Part shown: piece after piece, positions 11,543 to 22,519 of the stretch
Numbering within the stretch: the first letter of the stretch is position 1
How the letters are laid out: the number at the start of each line of letters is the position of its first letter
Source of the DNA: Octopus sinensis
Lineage: Eukaryota
DNA length: 51,778 nucleotides
Assembly: GCF_006345805.1 (NCBI RefSeq)
Contig: NW_021835434.1
Coordinates: forward strand, 1-51,778
Direction of reading: 5' to 3'
Made by a program: the position numbers and the translations under genes
Notes under the pieces: model-generated
Databases searched by the model: none
Told to the model about the DNA's origin: nothing
What the model saw: the letters and a program-made list of their open reading frames with translations, nothing else

Positions 11543-12095
11543 TTAACTCTTTAGCATTTAAATCAGCCATATACAGCACAGATATTCTAGCTGTTCTATG
11601 ATCAAACATGCCATATCCAGCTTCTCACACCTATCCTACAATGTCATTCTACAAATAGACAATCACATCATTGAAATTTTGTAGCTACTAGATAATGCAT
11701 GATTAAGTGAAAACAATGTGAATAGATAAGCATCACTGAATGCTGAAGGCTGCATCCGCCCTGAACATTCTACCTTTTTTTTACATTCAGACTAACCAGA
11801 TCCAACCTCTCACACCTACCCTTCAATGTCTTTCTAAAAATGAACAACCTCGTCACTGAAATCTCAAAGCTATGAGATAATGCATGATTAATTTCAAAAC
11901 ACTGTGGATGAATAAGGATGACACTTGACAGAATAATCTGTGAAAGCTAAAAGGTTAAACTGGCCTGAATACTTTACCTGTTTTATGATCAAACATGCCA
12001 TATCCAGCTTCTCACACCTATCCTACAATGTCATTCTACAAATAAACAATCGCATCATCAAAATCTCAAAGCTATGAGATAGTACATGATTAATT
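11543..12095 (-). mobile_element. Three head-to-tail piggyBac-type MITE copies, the last truncated at a SINE
   Basis: Starts TTAACTCTTTAGCATTT; internal end AAAGCTAAAAGGTTAA at about 11958. Confidence 0.8.
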
Positions 12096-12100
12096 CCATA

Positions 12101-12428
12101 GTAAGGAGTGGCTGTGTGGTAAGTAGCTTGCTAACCAACCTCATGGTTCCGGGTTCAGTCCCACTGCGTGGCATCTTGAGCAAGTGTCTTCTGCTATAGT
12201 CCCGGGCCGACCAATGCTTTGTGAGTGGATTTGGTAGACGGAAACTGAAAGAAGCCTGTCGTATATATGTATATATGTGTGTGTATGTGTTTGTGTTTGT
12301 CCCCCTAGCATTGCTTGACAACCGATGCTGCTGTGTTTACGTCCCCGTCACTTAGCGGTTCGGCAAAAGAGACCGATAGAATAAGTACTGGGCTTCCAAA
12401 GAATAAGTCAAATGACTGAAACAAGTAA
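12101..12428 (+). mobile_element. SINE family A with internal deletion and A-rich tail
   Basis: AGGAGTGGCTGTGTGGTAAG...GGGTTCAGTCCC...GACTGAAACAAGTAAAAAA. Confidence 0.9.
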
Positions 12429-12671
12429 AAAAAAAAAAAAAAAATTAAATTTGACAAAGAAATCTGAATGTTGAAGTGTTAATACAGAAAGTTTGGATTA
12501 TAGCAACAGGGTAGTCTCAGGTGCTTCGTATCAGAAGAGATCATCAAAACCTTGTTTAGACCGAGATCCCCAAAATTAAGAAGGCATTTTTCTTAATGAG
12601 TCTTCTTAATGCCTACAAAGCCCAGGCATATTCCCCTGTCTTAGGGAATATGCTGTGTGTATTTTTATCCC

Positions 12672-12998
12672 TTTTTGTTTTTACTTGTTTTAGTCATTTG
12701 GCTGTGGCCTTGCTGGAGCACTACCTTCAAAGGTTTATTCATACAAATTGATCCAAGGACTTCCTTTTGTTTAAAAAATTTGCTGCTTATTCTATCAGTC
12801 GCTTTTGCTGAACTACTAAGTTACAGAGATGTAAACAAAACACCAGTTGTCAAGTGATGGTGACACACACACACACACACACATTTCTGTGTCAGTGTGT
12901 GCATGTATATATTTGTGTGTGTGTGTGTGTGTGTGTACTAAATATAGTATTTATAAACAATATATATATGTATTATGTATATATATATATTATATATA

Positions 12999-13056
<58 letters not shown>

Positions 13057-13285
13057 GATATATTGATATATGCACACACACACACACACACATATATGTA
13101 TATGTATGTATAAATACACATATACAAAACAAACGTCTTTCAGCTTTCATATAAAAAAAAACATTCAAGGCTGTAGTAGAGCTTGACGTTATAATAAAAG
13201 TCACTTGCCCAAGGTACCATAAAGTGAGACTGAACCCAGAACCATTTGGTTCATAAAAAAACTTCTTACCATACAGTCACACCTG
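12672..13285 (-). mobile_element. SINE family A with expanded central (TA)n/(CA)n
   Basis: 3' half at about 12672-12865 and 5' half at about 13130-13285, separated by microsatellite. Confidence 0.75.
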
Positions 13286-13764
13286 TGTCTATTCAAACTT
13301 CTTATCACACAGTGATTGCATAATAAAATTACAGATATAGAATTAAACACAAAAATAACTAAAAAGAAATTCCCATGCATATAATTAGTTATATAGATAT
13401 ATCATTATTTCTGAGACACGAGTCTTGGCTGGGAAACATGAGTCTTGGTTGGGAAATACAAGTCCAAACTGATCCTGTTACTATGTAATTATTTTAGCTT
13501 TGGCACAAGGTCCAAATCAAGTCACATGTACAACTCTGATAATTTCAAAAGATTGGTTAAATTGATAGAGCGGCTGACAAAATGCTGTGACATTCACAAA
13601 CCTTTATGTTCTAAGTTCAAATTATGTGAAGTCAACTTTGCCTTTCATCATTCTTGGATCAATAAAACAGAGTACCATTCAAGCACTGTATTTGATCTCT
13701 ATTCCCACAAATCATCTTAGATGTGAAAAGAATCATAATATAAGACAAGCTTTTTCTCTTGCAG

Positions 13765-13794
13765 ATGGAATAATGTAGCCATCAGTATACAATG
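13765..13794 (+). other. Candidate 30-bp exon ending in ATG (possible 5' UTR/start exon or poison exon)
   Basis: Acceptor GCTTTTTCTCTTGCAG, donor ATG|GTAAAT; open only in phase 2 (WNNVAISIQ). Confidence 0.25.
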
Positions 13795-13988
13795 GTAAAT
13801 CAATGATTGTAGCAACTCAACAGTTCGGTTCTATATTGAAAACCAGTTGAAGCTACAAAAGATAGTAATATTTACTTCAAGGAGTGTTGTTGTTGTCTCT
13901 TGTCTCACTTTGGAAACACAATTGCCATAGCGTTATGAAAGAAAAATATAAATTCATATCTCAATGAAAGAATGTTGTTGTTCACCAG

Positions 13989-14042
13989 GAAGATAGAAGT
14001 GTTGATATAGAAGAACAAGAAAGAAATGTGTCGTTAATGAAG
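13989..14042 (+). CDS. Candidate exon of unidentified + strand gene (EDRSVDIEEQERNVSLMK)
   Basis: Acceptor GTTGTTGTTCACCAG, donor AAG|GTAATT, 54 bp; only phase 0 is open. Confidence 0.45.
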
Positions 14043-14097
14043 GTAATTACTTCATGCCTTAGTAAAAATGACATCACCAGATGATCAGTAAAAAACA

Positions 14098-14206
14098 ATA
14101 TCTTAAATTTGAGAAAATGGTCCAGATTGTAAAATAATCTTAAATTTGAGAAAATGGTCCAGATTGTAAAATAATCTTAAATTTGAGAAAATGGTCCAGA
14201 TTGTAA
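14098..14206. repeat. 37-bp tandem repeat, three copies
   Basis: TCTTAAATTTGAGAAAATGGTCCAGATTGTA at 14101, 14138 and 14175. Confidence 0.95.
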
Positions 14207-14224
14207 TGTAATTTCAAATAAACT

Positions 14225-14560
14225 TTATAGGTTTTTGCTTCCACACCTGGAATTCTTCTCTAAGTTATTCACAGACTCCATTATAAGAACTAGAACTAGT
14301 GTATAGTCCTCATGACCAGATAGTTTTAAACTCCCCTGTTACAGCTTGGGGAACCATAATAGGAGCATGTTAAGAATTAAACCATGGAGGTCACCTACCA
14401 TTATACTAAATTCCCCTACTGAACTTATTGCCACCTCTCACTTTGCTGACTGCATTTGTGTATGTGGTTTGTGCCACTGTCACAAGCCATTCTTCTACAC
14501 CTAATTTTTGTAAATACCACCAGATCACAGATCATAGCATCATGTCAAAGGCATTCTATA
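14225..14560 (-). mobile_element. Highly decayed RTE reverse-transcriptase fragment
   Basis: Minus-strand AFDMML..IWWYLQKLGVEEWLVTVAQTTYTNAVSKVRGGNKFS..EFKT..FQVWKQ. Confidence 0.75.
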
Positions 14561-14729
14561 AGGTTTAATGAATATTATTATGACTAATACTCATTACAAA
14601 ATAACAGATTTTCATCTAGAATTTTTGCATTTATTCCTTCCAGAAAAGTAGTAAGAACATACATTAAAAGCTAAAGAAATCATAATTTTGCATCTGGTAT
14701 GAGTTCTGATGGATCCTGTCTGTTCAAGT

Positions 14730-14965
14730 CAGTATTTATTTGGAGTTTCTGCCCTCCTTGGCATGTTGGCAAGATCATTCTGTGCTGCTACATTTCATTT
14801 TTGACTTTTATTTCTATGACTGGATACCTTTCCTAATACCAACTACTTCACCAACAATAGAGAGGTTACCATGACATTGAAAAGTCTAAACTGTCCTCTT
14901 AACTTTACATTGCCTTCTCTTGTTGACCAGCCACTTTATAGAGTGTGCAGGAAACATTTTATTGT
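14730..14965 (-). mobile_element. Degenerate RTE 3' tail fragment
   Basis: CTGGATACCTTTCCTAATACCAAC, the reverse complement of the tail motif. Confidence 0.5.
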
Positions 14966-15027
14966 AGCACCAACATTAGTGGTGTTACTTTGTACTCAAT
15001 AAGACTAAAAAGTCTTTGTTACTGAAG

Positions 15028-15093
15028 ATAATGTGGTGGACAGACATTGATTTTAAAACAGTATTAAAATCTGATATTTTTTATCATAGTTTG
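15028..15093 (+). CDS. Candidate exon of unidentified + strand gene (IMWWTDIDFKTVLKSDIFYHSL)
   Basis: Acceptor GTCTTTGTTACTGAAG, consensus donor TTG|GTAAGT, 66 bp, phase 0 to 0. Confidence 0.4.
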
Positions 15094-15129
15094 GTAAGTA
15101 TTTCAGCTGAAACCAGATTATGTTTTTTT

Positions 15130-16840
15130 TTTTGGAGACACCACTATGAAAGGTTGCTAAATAAAGATGATGAATGGGAGAAAGAGTCTGCTGAATGCCA
15201 ACCCAGCAGAGGGACCAGCTATCCAAATTGCCGTACCTTGGTAGATAAAGCAATTAAGAGTATGAAGAGAGGGAAAGCCCTTGGCCTATCAGGAATCACC
15301 ACAGAGATGCTTAAAAAATCTGGTGGTGTCAGCTATAGCCTAGTCACCCATATAGTCATACGCAATGATTGGTGTAACAGCACCATAGACAAATGCTAAA
15401 AAGGTAAAGGTGATGCTTTAGATACAAATAATTACAGAGGTATCAAGTTGTTGGATCAAGTAATGAAGGTCATGGAGAGGATCATAGCTCAACTGATTAG
15501 GGAGAGAGTCAGTCTAGATGAGATGCAGTTTGCATTCATGTTAGAGAAAAGCACCACTGACGCTATATTTCTGGCAAATGCTCAGGTGCTATAAACACTG
15601 AAAATGTGCAGAAAACAGCTTCTGTCACATTCCAGGGGGAAAAAGTACAAGTAGTTGATAGTTTCCGTTACCTAGGTGACCAAGTCAGTAGTGGGGGTGG
15701 ATGTTCTGAAAGTGTAGCCACTAGAATAAGAATAGCCTGGGCAAAGTTCAGAGAACTCCTCCTTCTGCTGGTGACAAAGAGCCTCTTGCTCAGAGTAAAA
15801 GGTAGACTGTATGATGCATGTGTACGAACAGCCATGCTACATGGCAGTGAAACATGGGTCGTGACTGCTGAGAATATGCGTAAGCTTGCAAGGAATGAAG
15901 TCAGTATGCTCAGCTAGATGTGTAATTTCAGTGTGCATACACAACAAAGTGTAAACACCCCGAGAGAAAAGTTGGACCTAAGAAGCATCCGATGTGGTGT
16001 GCAAGAGGGGCGACTGAACTGGTATGGTCATGTGTTGCGAATGAATGAGGACAGCTGTGTAAAAACTGTCACACCCTAGCAGTTGAGGGAACCTGTGGAA
16101 GAGGTAGACCCAGGAAGACCTGGGATAAGGTACTGAAGCACGACCTTTGAACATTGGGCCTCACTGAGGCAATGACTAGTGACTGAGACCTTTGGAAATG
16201 TGCTATGCTTGAGAAGACCTGACAAGTCAAGTGAGACTATAATCTGTGGCCTATGCCAGTAGTGTATAACCAGCCCACTTATGAGTACTCTTCATTCATT
16301 GGACAATAAACTTTGCTTGCGAAGACCTACTGAGGCAAGTGAAATCAAAATTGCTGATGTGACTGATGACAGTACCACCTGATTGGCACTCGTGCCAGTG
16401 GAATGTTAAAAGCCCCATCCAAGCGCGATCGTTACGAGGGCAGCTAACTGGCTCCCTTGCTGGTCGTACGTGAAAAGCACCATTCAAGCATGATCGTTGC
16501 CAGCATCGCCTTACTAGCACATGTGTTGGTGGTATGTGAAAAACAACATTCAAGTGTGGTTGTTGCCAGTGCTGCTGGACTGGCCCCCATGCAGATGGCA
16601 TGTAAAAAAACACCTTTTGAGCATGCTCCTTGCCTGTACTGCCTGACTAGCCCTCGTGTTGGTGGCTTGTAAAAGCACTCACTACAATCTCGGGCTGGTT
16701 GGTATTAGGAAGGGCATCCAGCTGTAGAAGCCTTGACAGATCAGATTGGAGCTTGGTGCAGCCTTCTGGCTCACCAGTCCTCAGTCAAACCGTCCAACCC
16801 ATGCCAACATGGAAAGTGGACACTAAATGACGACGATGAT
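15130..16840 (+). mobile_element. RTE-clade LINE, 5'-truncated, internally deleted pseudogene with 3' UTR and (GAT)n tail
   Basis: LSGITTEMLK, NYRGIKLLDQVMKVMER, STTDAIF, deletion of the RT catalytic core, FRYLGDQVSSGGGCSESVATRIRIAWAKFRELL, GRGRPRKTW; stop codons; repetitive 3' UTR. Confidence 0.92.
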
Positions 16841-16899
16841 AATGATTGTATCAAAAACTGCATTAATTGTTATGTCTTTCCTTTTTATGATGATGGATT

Positions 16900-17305
16900 A
16901 CTCTGTCAAATATAAGGCTTATTCATTCACATTGTTTTCAATTAATCATGAATTATTTCATAACTTTGAGATTTTGATGATGAGACTTTTTATTTTTTAG
17001 AATGACATAGATGTGAGAGGATGGATATGATCACTTTGAACATAAAACAGATAGAATATTTGGGCTGGATACAGCTGGCTTAACCCTTTAACATTCAGAT
17101 CACTGCCTTAAATGTAATCCTTATTCATTTACATCGCTTTGAATTCATCTAGCTTTGTCTCGCAGCTTTGAGATTTTCCTGATGTGATAGTTTATTTTTA
17201 GAATGATATTGTAAGGTAAATGTGAAAGACCAGATCTAATTACTTTGAATATAAAACAGCATATTTGGGCCAGATATAACTGGTTTAAGTGCCAAAGAGT
17301 TAAGG
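16900..17305 (+). mobile_element. Two tandem piggyBac-type MITE copies; the second (17081-17305) is complete
   Basis: TTAA-CCCTTTAACATT ... AGTGCCAAAGAG-TTAA; TTAA flanks and CCCT-starting TIRs are piggyBac hallmarks. Confidence 0.8.
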
Positions 17306-17498
17306 GAAATTTGACTGCTAATGTTAGCAAGTTGAATGATTCCAGCACTGCCCAGATGTTAAATATCTCCAAAATAAGCAATGAAAAATGTACACAACAT
17401 ATCAAAGCTTTATTTATAATAGTATTAACATACGGAATAATATTTCGTTTTGGGATTTGGTTTGCAAGATTCTTTATGTGAGTTCGTGTGTTGAAGCA

Positions 17499-17735
17499 TA
17501 TTCTGTTGTGTCTAGGGAAAGTCATTCTCTTTTTGTGCCTTATAATTTAATGCATTCACCGGTAAAATTTCCATTTTTTAATTTTTTTATTTTTCTAAAA
17601 TTTTTGTTGCGTCTTGCAAACTTTTCAATAGTTTTTAGAAAACTAAAAAAGAAATAAGAGGAAATTTTACCAGTGAGTGTGTTAAATTATAAGGTACTAA
17701 AAGAAAATGACTCTCCTCAGACATAACAGAATATG
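17499..17735. mobile_element. MITE/foldback element with about 75-bp imperfect inverted repeats
   Basis: ATATTCTGTTGTGTCT...GGTAAAATTTCC versus GGAAATTTTACC...AGACATAACAGAATAT. Confidence 0.8.
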
Positions 17736-18165
17736 GAATAATATTTTACCAAGAAAGCTAAAAAAAATTTTCGCTGTCAAATTCCAAAAAATCATTAAAA
17801 ACCCATCTTCTGCTGAACTAAACTCATTTATAAACTTTATTTTATAGACCTACAGTATTTATAATATTTATAATATTTTATATTTCCAGATTTAAAGAGA
17901 TTTACTTTTTATATACATTTTTGACCACCTTGCTTGCATGCAAAGGATGCTTCTTTTTTTTTTTTATAATTATTGACATATTTATTTTTTATTTTATTGA
18001 CCTCCTGCCAACTTGTCAAACTCAGCCAAGCTGCCAAAGGGCTTAAACCGATTTTTTATGCAATTTCTGAAAAAAAAATTCTGTAATCTTTACTTATTGT
18101 AATTGATAGAAAAAAAACATTCAATGTAAATAGGATTAATAAATTTATTTATTTATCTATTTCAG

Positions 18166-18216
18166 ATCTACATAAATGCACTCACTCACACAATGAAGGA
18201 CGCAATAGGAGCATAG
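18166..18216 (+). CDS. Candidate terminal coding exon (IYINALTHTMKDAIGA-stop)
   Basis: Strong acceptor TTTATTTATTTATCTATTTCAG; the phase 0 reading continues the 13989 and 15028 exons. Confidence 0.4.
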   Translation: MYINALTHTMKDAIGA

Positions 18217-18251
18217 TTTAATGTGACATTGAAGTTTCTTCCCAAATCATA

Positions 18252-18470
18252 AGGGCCAGTTCCCCCGGTTTCCATAGCGTATGTATTCCCTATTAAACTG
18301 GACGCTGGTCCGTCTCATGGTTACTCATTTTTCCCAGCTGAGTGGACTGGGGTAACGTGGAATGAAGTGTTTTGCTCAAGAACACATGTTGCTCAGTCCA
18401 GGAATTGAAACCACAATCTTACAATCACGAGTTGTCCAACACCCGAACCACTAAGCTATGCACATCCACA
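18252..18470 (-). mobile_element. SINE family C (tRNA head plus CORE domain)
   Basis: Reverse strand TAGCTTAGTGGTT...GGTTTCAATTCC...GTGTTCTTGAGCAAAACACTT...CCAGTCCACTCAGCTGG, similar to the MIR-type CORE. Confidence 0.75.
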
Positions 18471-18812
18471 CATTTAGTACCACATCATGCTCCAATTTTC
18501 ACCGAGTCCCTGTCACTACATATATAATAACCCCCCTCCCATACACACACACACACATATCCTTACACAAAACAACAACATCATCACTCGGTTCAGTTAA
18601 ACATAAAATACATGCACACAAAATATTGTTGTCGTCATCATCATCATTGCTGTCATCATCATCATCAGTGTTACCTTGATAGCCACAAACATTCTAATCT
18701 ATTGTACATGAATAATGGTAAATGCTTTTGAAAATCTATTATTCTGCACTGAGTCCTCCTTGCCTGCCTGTGGACACCACAATACGTCCATATATATATA
18801 TATATATATATA

Positions 18813-19363
18813 CAAGGTTATTCAAAAAGAAAAAGCAGATTTTAGATATATTTTAAAAACAAACGGTAAGAGATACAAACACATTGTACATATTTCTTGA
18901 TAGGGAAAGGTTTAAAGTTTATTTTAAGGAAGTATGCACTCAACATGAGCACCAGTGCTTTTTCCTTTACAAAGCAACTTTTGCTGTGAAATTTTTATGC
19001 CATTCGTACATTGCTTGTGACGAGGTTGGATTTTATTGAATTGGCAGCAAATTCATGTTGCACTTTCACAATCGATTTGGTATTTTCTCAAATTGAAGCA
19101 CACAAAAGACTTTTCTTGTGGCGTCACCATTTTCTAAGGGATTTACACAAATGAAAATTATACAACTTTAAATAAAATTAACAAAATGAAACATTAAAGC
19201 AAAATTAAAATATTATTTTATTAAAGGCTTAATTCAATTGATCATGTTCAGCTATAAACTTTAAACTTTCCCTTATCAAGAAATATGTAGAATGTGTTTG
19301 TGTCTGTTACCGTTTGTTTTAAAAATAAATCTGAAATCTGCTCTTCCCTTTTGAATAACCCTG
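18813..19363 (-). mobile_element. Non-autonomous Tc1/mariner element with about 107-bp TIRs and an N-terminal transposase remnant (DUF4817-like HTH)
   Basis: TIRs CAAGGTTATTCAAAAAG...TTTAAAGTTT (18813-18920) and inverse (19256-19363); left flank is TA; frameshifted MVTPQEKSF-CVLQFE..VKVQHEF..QAMYEWHKNF..LCKGKSTG. Confidence 0.85.
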
Positions 19364-19398
<35 letters not shown>

Positions 19399-19548
19399 GT
19401 GTATGCATATATGTGTGTGTTGGTGTACTTTTTGGTATTTGCCTGCCAAAAATTAATGCACCATATGAAAGATATTTTACGGTGTAAAATGTTCTTCTTG
19501 GGTGACTTTGCATCTTTTGCCTTCTTTGGAGAATCATAAGATAAGTAC

Positions 19549-19625
19549 CAAACAAAGAACAGGAATCAATATCGTCCCTGACAGTGGTGCCCTCTGAGTA
19601 TGGTAGCAGCAGCCTGGTCATGAAA
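19549..19625 (-). CDS. Candidate exon, minus strand (FMTRLLLPYSEGTTVRDDIDSCSLF-G)
   Basis: Acceptor GTATTCTTTTACAG, weaker donor TTG|GTACTT; unique GC-balanced island. Confidence 0.25.
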
Positions 19626-19689
19626 CTGTAAAAGAATACATGAATATACTCCAATAACTTTCTCTTTATTTACTTATTTCTTCATTCTC

Positions 19690-19910
19690 TCGCTCTTTCT
19701 CTCTCTCTCTCACTCTCTCCTTGTCTCTCTCTTCTCTTCTTGTCTCTCTCTCTCTCCTTGTCTCTCTCTCTCTCCTTGTCTCTCTCTGTCCTTGTCTCTC
19801 TCTCTCTTCTTGTCTCTCTCTCTCTCTCTCGTCTTGTCTCTCTCTCTGTCCTTGTCTCTCTCTCTCTTCTTATCTCTCTCTCAGTCTCTCTCCATGTCTC
19901 TCCCCTCAGT
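19690..19910. repeat. Compound (TC)n/CTTGTCTCTC repeat
   Basis: Direct reading. Confidence 0.9.
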
Positions 19911-19984
19911 TTCGCTCTCCCTCCTCCTCTCTCTTATTTGACTATTTACAGTAAACTTTAAACAGAATATGTGTGTGTGTGTAT

Positions 19985-20290
19985 CATCATCATCAGCATC
20001 ATTATCATTTAAAACCTGCCTTCCAGGTTAGCATGGGTGGCATGGTACCACAAAAACCAGCCAGGCAGCATTCTGCACCAGACTTCTGTGACTGTTTTGG
20101 CAGGATTTTTACAGCTGGATGCCCTTCCTAACACCAACCACTCAGTAGAGTGGACTTAGTTCTTTTTACATGGCACAAGCACAGGCGAGGTCAGATTTGA
20201 CAAGGTTTTTACAGCTGGATGCCCTTCCAAATGCCAACCATTTACAGTGTGGACTGGGTGCCTTTTAAGTGGTACCTGCACTGACAGGGT
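19985..20290 (-). mobile_element. RTE 3' tail with duplicated CAGCTGGATGCCCTTCC segment
   Basis: Motif occurs at about 20112 and 20213. Confidence 0.7.
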
Positions 20291-20734
20291 CACCAAAACT
20301 TTTAAGAGGAGAGGAGGCATAGGAGTAGGTGATGATGAAAAGGTTATAGTGAGACAGATACAAGTGTCTTGTTGTAGAGGAGGTACAAGGTTACCTGACT
20401 GGAGAGAGAAAGATCAGGAATGAAGACAGAAACAGGTGTGCTACCACAAAGAAAATTCACGGTTGCCCAACCTGAGGGAAGTGTAAGAGAAGGAGGGAGA
20501 GTGGGAGACAGCAGGATAGAAATGGTAGCAAAATGCTGGGCATACTCACAAGGAATGGAGATCAGAATATAAATGAGATGGTTGAGTAAAGGAAGAGAGA
20601 GATATAGATGGTGGCAAGTGCAGGGCATACCGTTGTGTTTCAAATGCCATAATATAAGTGATAGGATGTTGTGAAGGGAGTGTGATTAAATGTATACATA
20701 CATACATACATATACATATATATATATATATATA

Positions 20735-21130
20735 TAGTTAATCCAAACATGAACAAAGAGAAAACACAACAATGCAAGGACGTGGAAGAAGTATAGTGTT
20801 ATTGGACGCTCAGGTAAGGAAAGAAAGAAGGAGGATTTAACGTTTCGAGTGGAGCTCTTCATCAGAAACATAGAAAAAGGAAAGGTCCAAAGAAGGGAAG
20901 ACACAGAAAGAAAATCGCCAACAATACACACACGGTCACATATTGAAATGTGTGTATATATAGGGAGAATTCACAAAAGAACAAAGACGAAGGCAGGTGG
21001 TGTAGACAACAAACAGATGTATTAGTATAACGCTCAGGAATTGAAAAAAGTCTTTAATGTTTCGAGCCTATGCTCTTCCACAGAAAGGAACACAGAAAGA
21101 AACAAGGAGAGGACAAAAAATGTGTAGTAG
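20735..21130 (-). mobile_element. Penelope-like terminal-repeat units carrying hammerhead-like motifs
   Basis: Minus-strand CTGATGA-A-GAG-CTCCA-CTC-GAAACGTT at 20838-20865; second, mutated unit at about 21050-21085. Confidence 0.6.
20835..20869 (-). ncRNA. Minimal type-I hammerhead ribozyme-like motif
   Basis: GUUU-CUGAUGA-A-GAG(CUCCA)CUC-GAA-ACGU-U-AAAU: conserved core, stem I of 4 bp, palindromic ACGU helix III. Confidence 0.5.
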
Positions 21131-21208
21131 CTAGCAACATATATATATATAAATATACATGTGTTGGTATACACACACACACACATACACACACACAAAT
21201 GTATGTAT

Positions 21209-21300
21209 AAACAATTAAAGATGGAGAAGAGAAGGTGGTAAAAGTTTTATAAAATTTTATAAAACTTTTAACACCTTCCCTTCTCTATCTTTAGTTGTTT
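21209..21300. repeat. Loop-less palindrome, 46-bp arms, four mismatches
   Basis: Centred on TATAAAA|TTTTATA at 21254/21255. Confidence 0.92.
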
Positions 21301-21513
21301 GTTGAGTTTCTCTAGGATACGTGTTGTATAAATTCTCATAACACACCTTATACTTGTAACTTTTTCATATTTAAAACATACTTATAACAGTAAGCTACCC
21401 ATTTAATATGAAGAATCTTTATTAGAAGTCACTTTGGAAACCCACAAAGTAAAGGATGATATAGAACTGAACCTTTTCTCACATATATTTATATTTATAT
21501 GTATGCATAATAT

Positions 21514-21555
<42 letters not shown>

Positions 21556-21558
21556 GTG

Positions 21559-21610
<52 letters not shown>

Positions 21611-21614
21611 ATAA

Positions 21615-21738
21615 AGTTAATCCAAACATGAAAACACAAAGAGAAAACACAATAACGCGAGGCGAGGACATGGAACAAATAATAATTATTGGACACTCAG
21701 GAAGGAAGGGAAGAGGAGGGTTTTACGTTTCAAGTGGA
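21615..21738 (-). mobile_element. Truncated copy of the 20735 unit (3' half of the hammerhead motif, GAAACGUA)
   Basis: GTTAATCCAAACATGAA...ATTGGACACTCAGG...TTTTACGTTTC then (TA)n. Confidence 0.65.
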
Positions 21739-21743
21739 TTATA

Positions 21744-21867
<124 letters not shown>

Positions 21868-21890
21868 ATATATAGATGATGATGATGATG

Positions 21891-21927
<37 letters not shown>

Positions 21928-22519
21928 TATATATATACATATATATATGAGTGAGTGTGTGTTTGTGTCTGTGTGTAAATATACATATATCTATATATAT
22001 TGCATGTGTGTGTATATATATATATATTAATCATTACACCACAAACCAATCCTAACTTAACTATTTTTATACAATCCCTATCATAACCCTAACAAAATCT
22101 AGCACTACATATAACTTCTCACCCTCACCCTCACCCAGGATTCATAATGAAACTAAGATGGATGAGAGCAAGGGTGGTGGTTGGTGGTGGTGGGTGGTGG
22201 TGGTGGTGGTGGTGGTGTTGAGTGGGGGAGTGGAGTAGCACAGGGTACTTGGATCTGTGTTTTTTTTCTTCTCTTTTATTTTTTTTTGCTTGTTTGTTCA
22301 GTTTTGTGCTTTTCCATCCTTGTTAGTAACAACCATGTGCTTACTCTAAACGGTATTCATATCTTATTGGCACATTTACCCACTTCTTTTGTGAGCAGGA
22401 AAATTACCTTACAAAAAAAAAAAGACTCCCCCAAAAAAACAAACAAATGAGGAACAAAAAACATTAGAAAAAACAAAGCCCTTGCCCTCATGCAGTTTCC
22501 TCTTTTCCTGTGTATGTGT

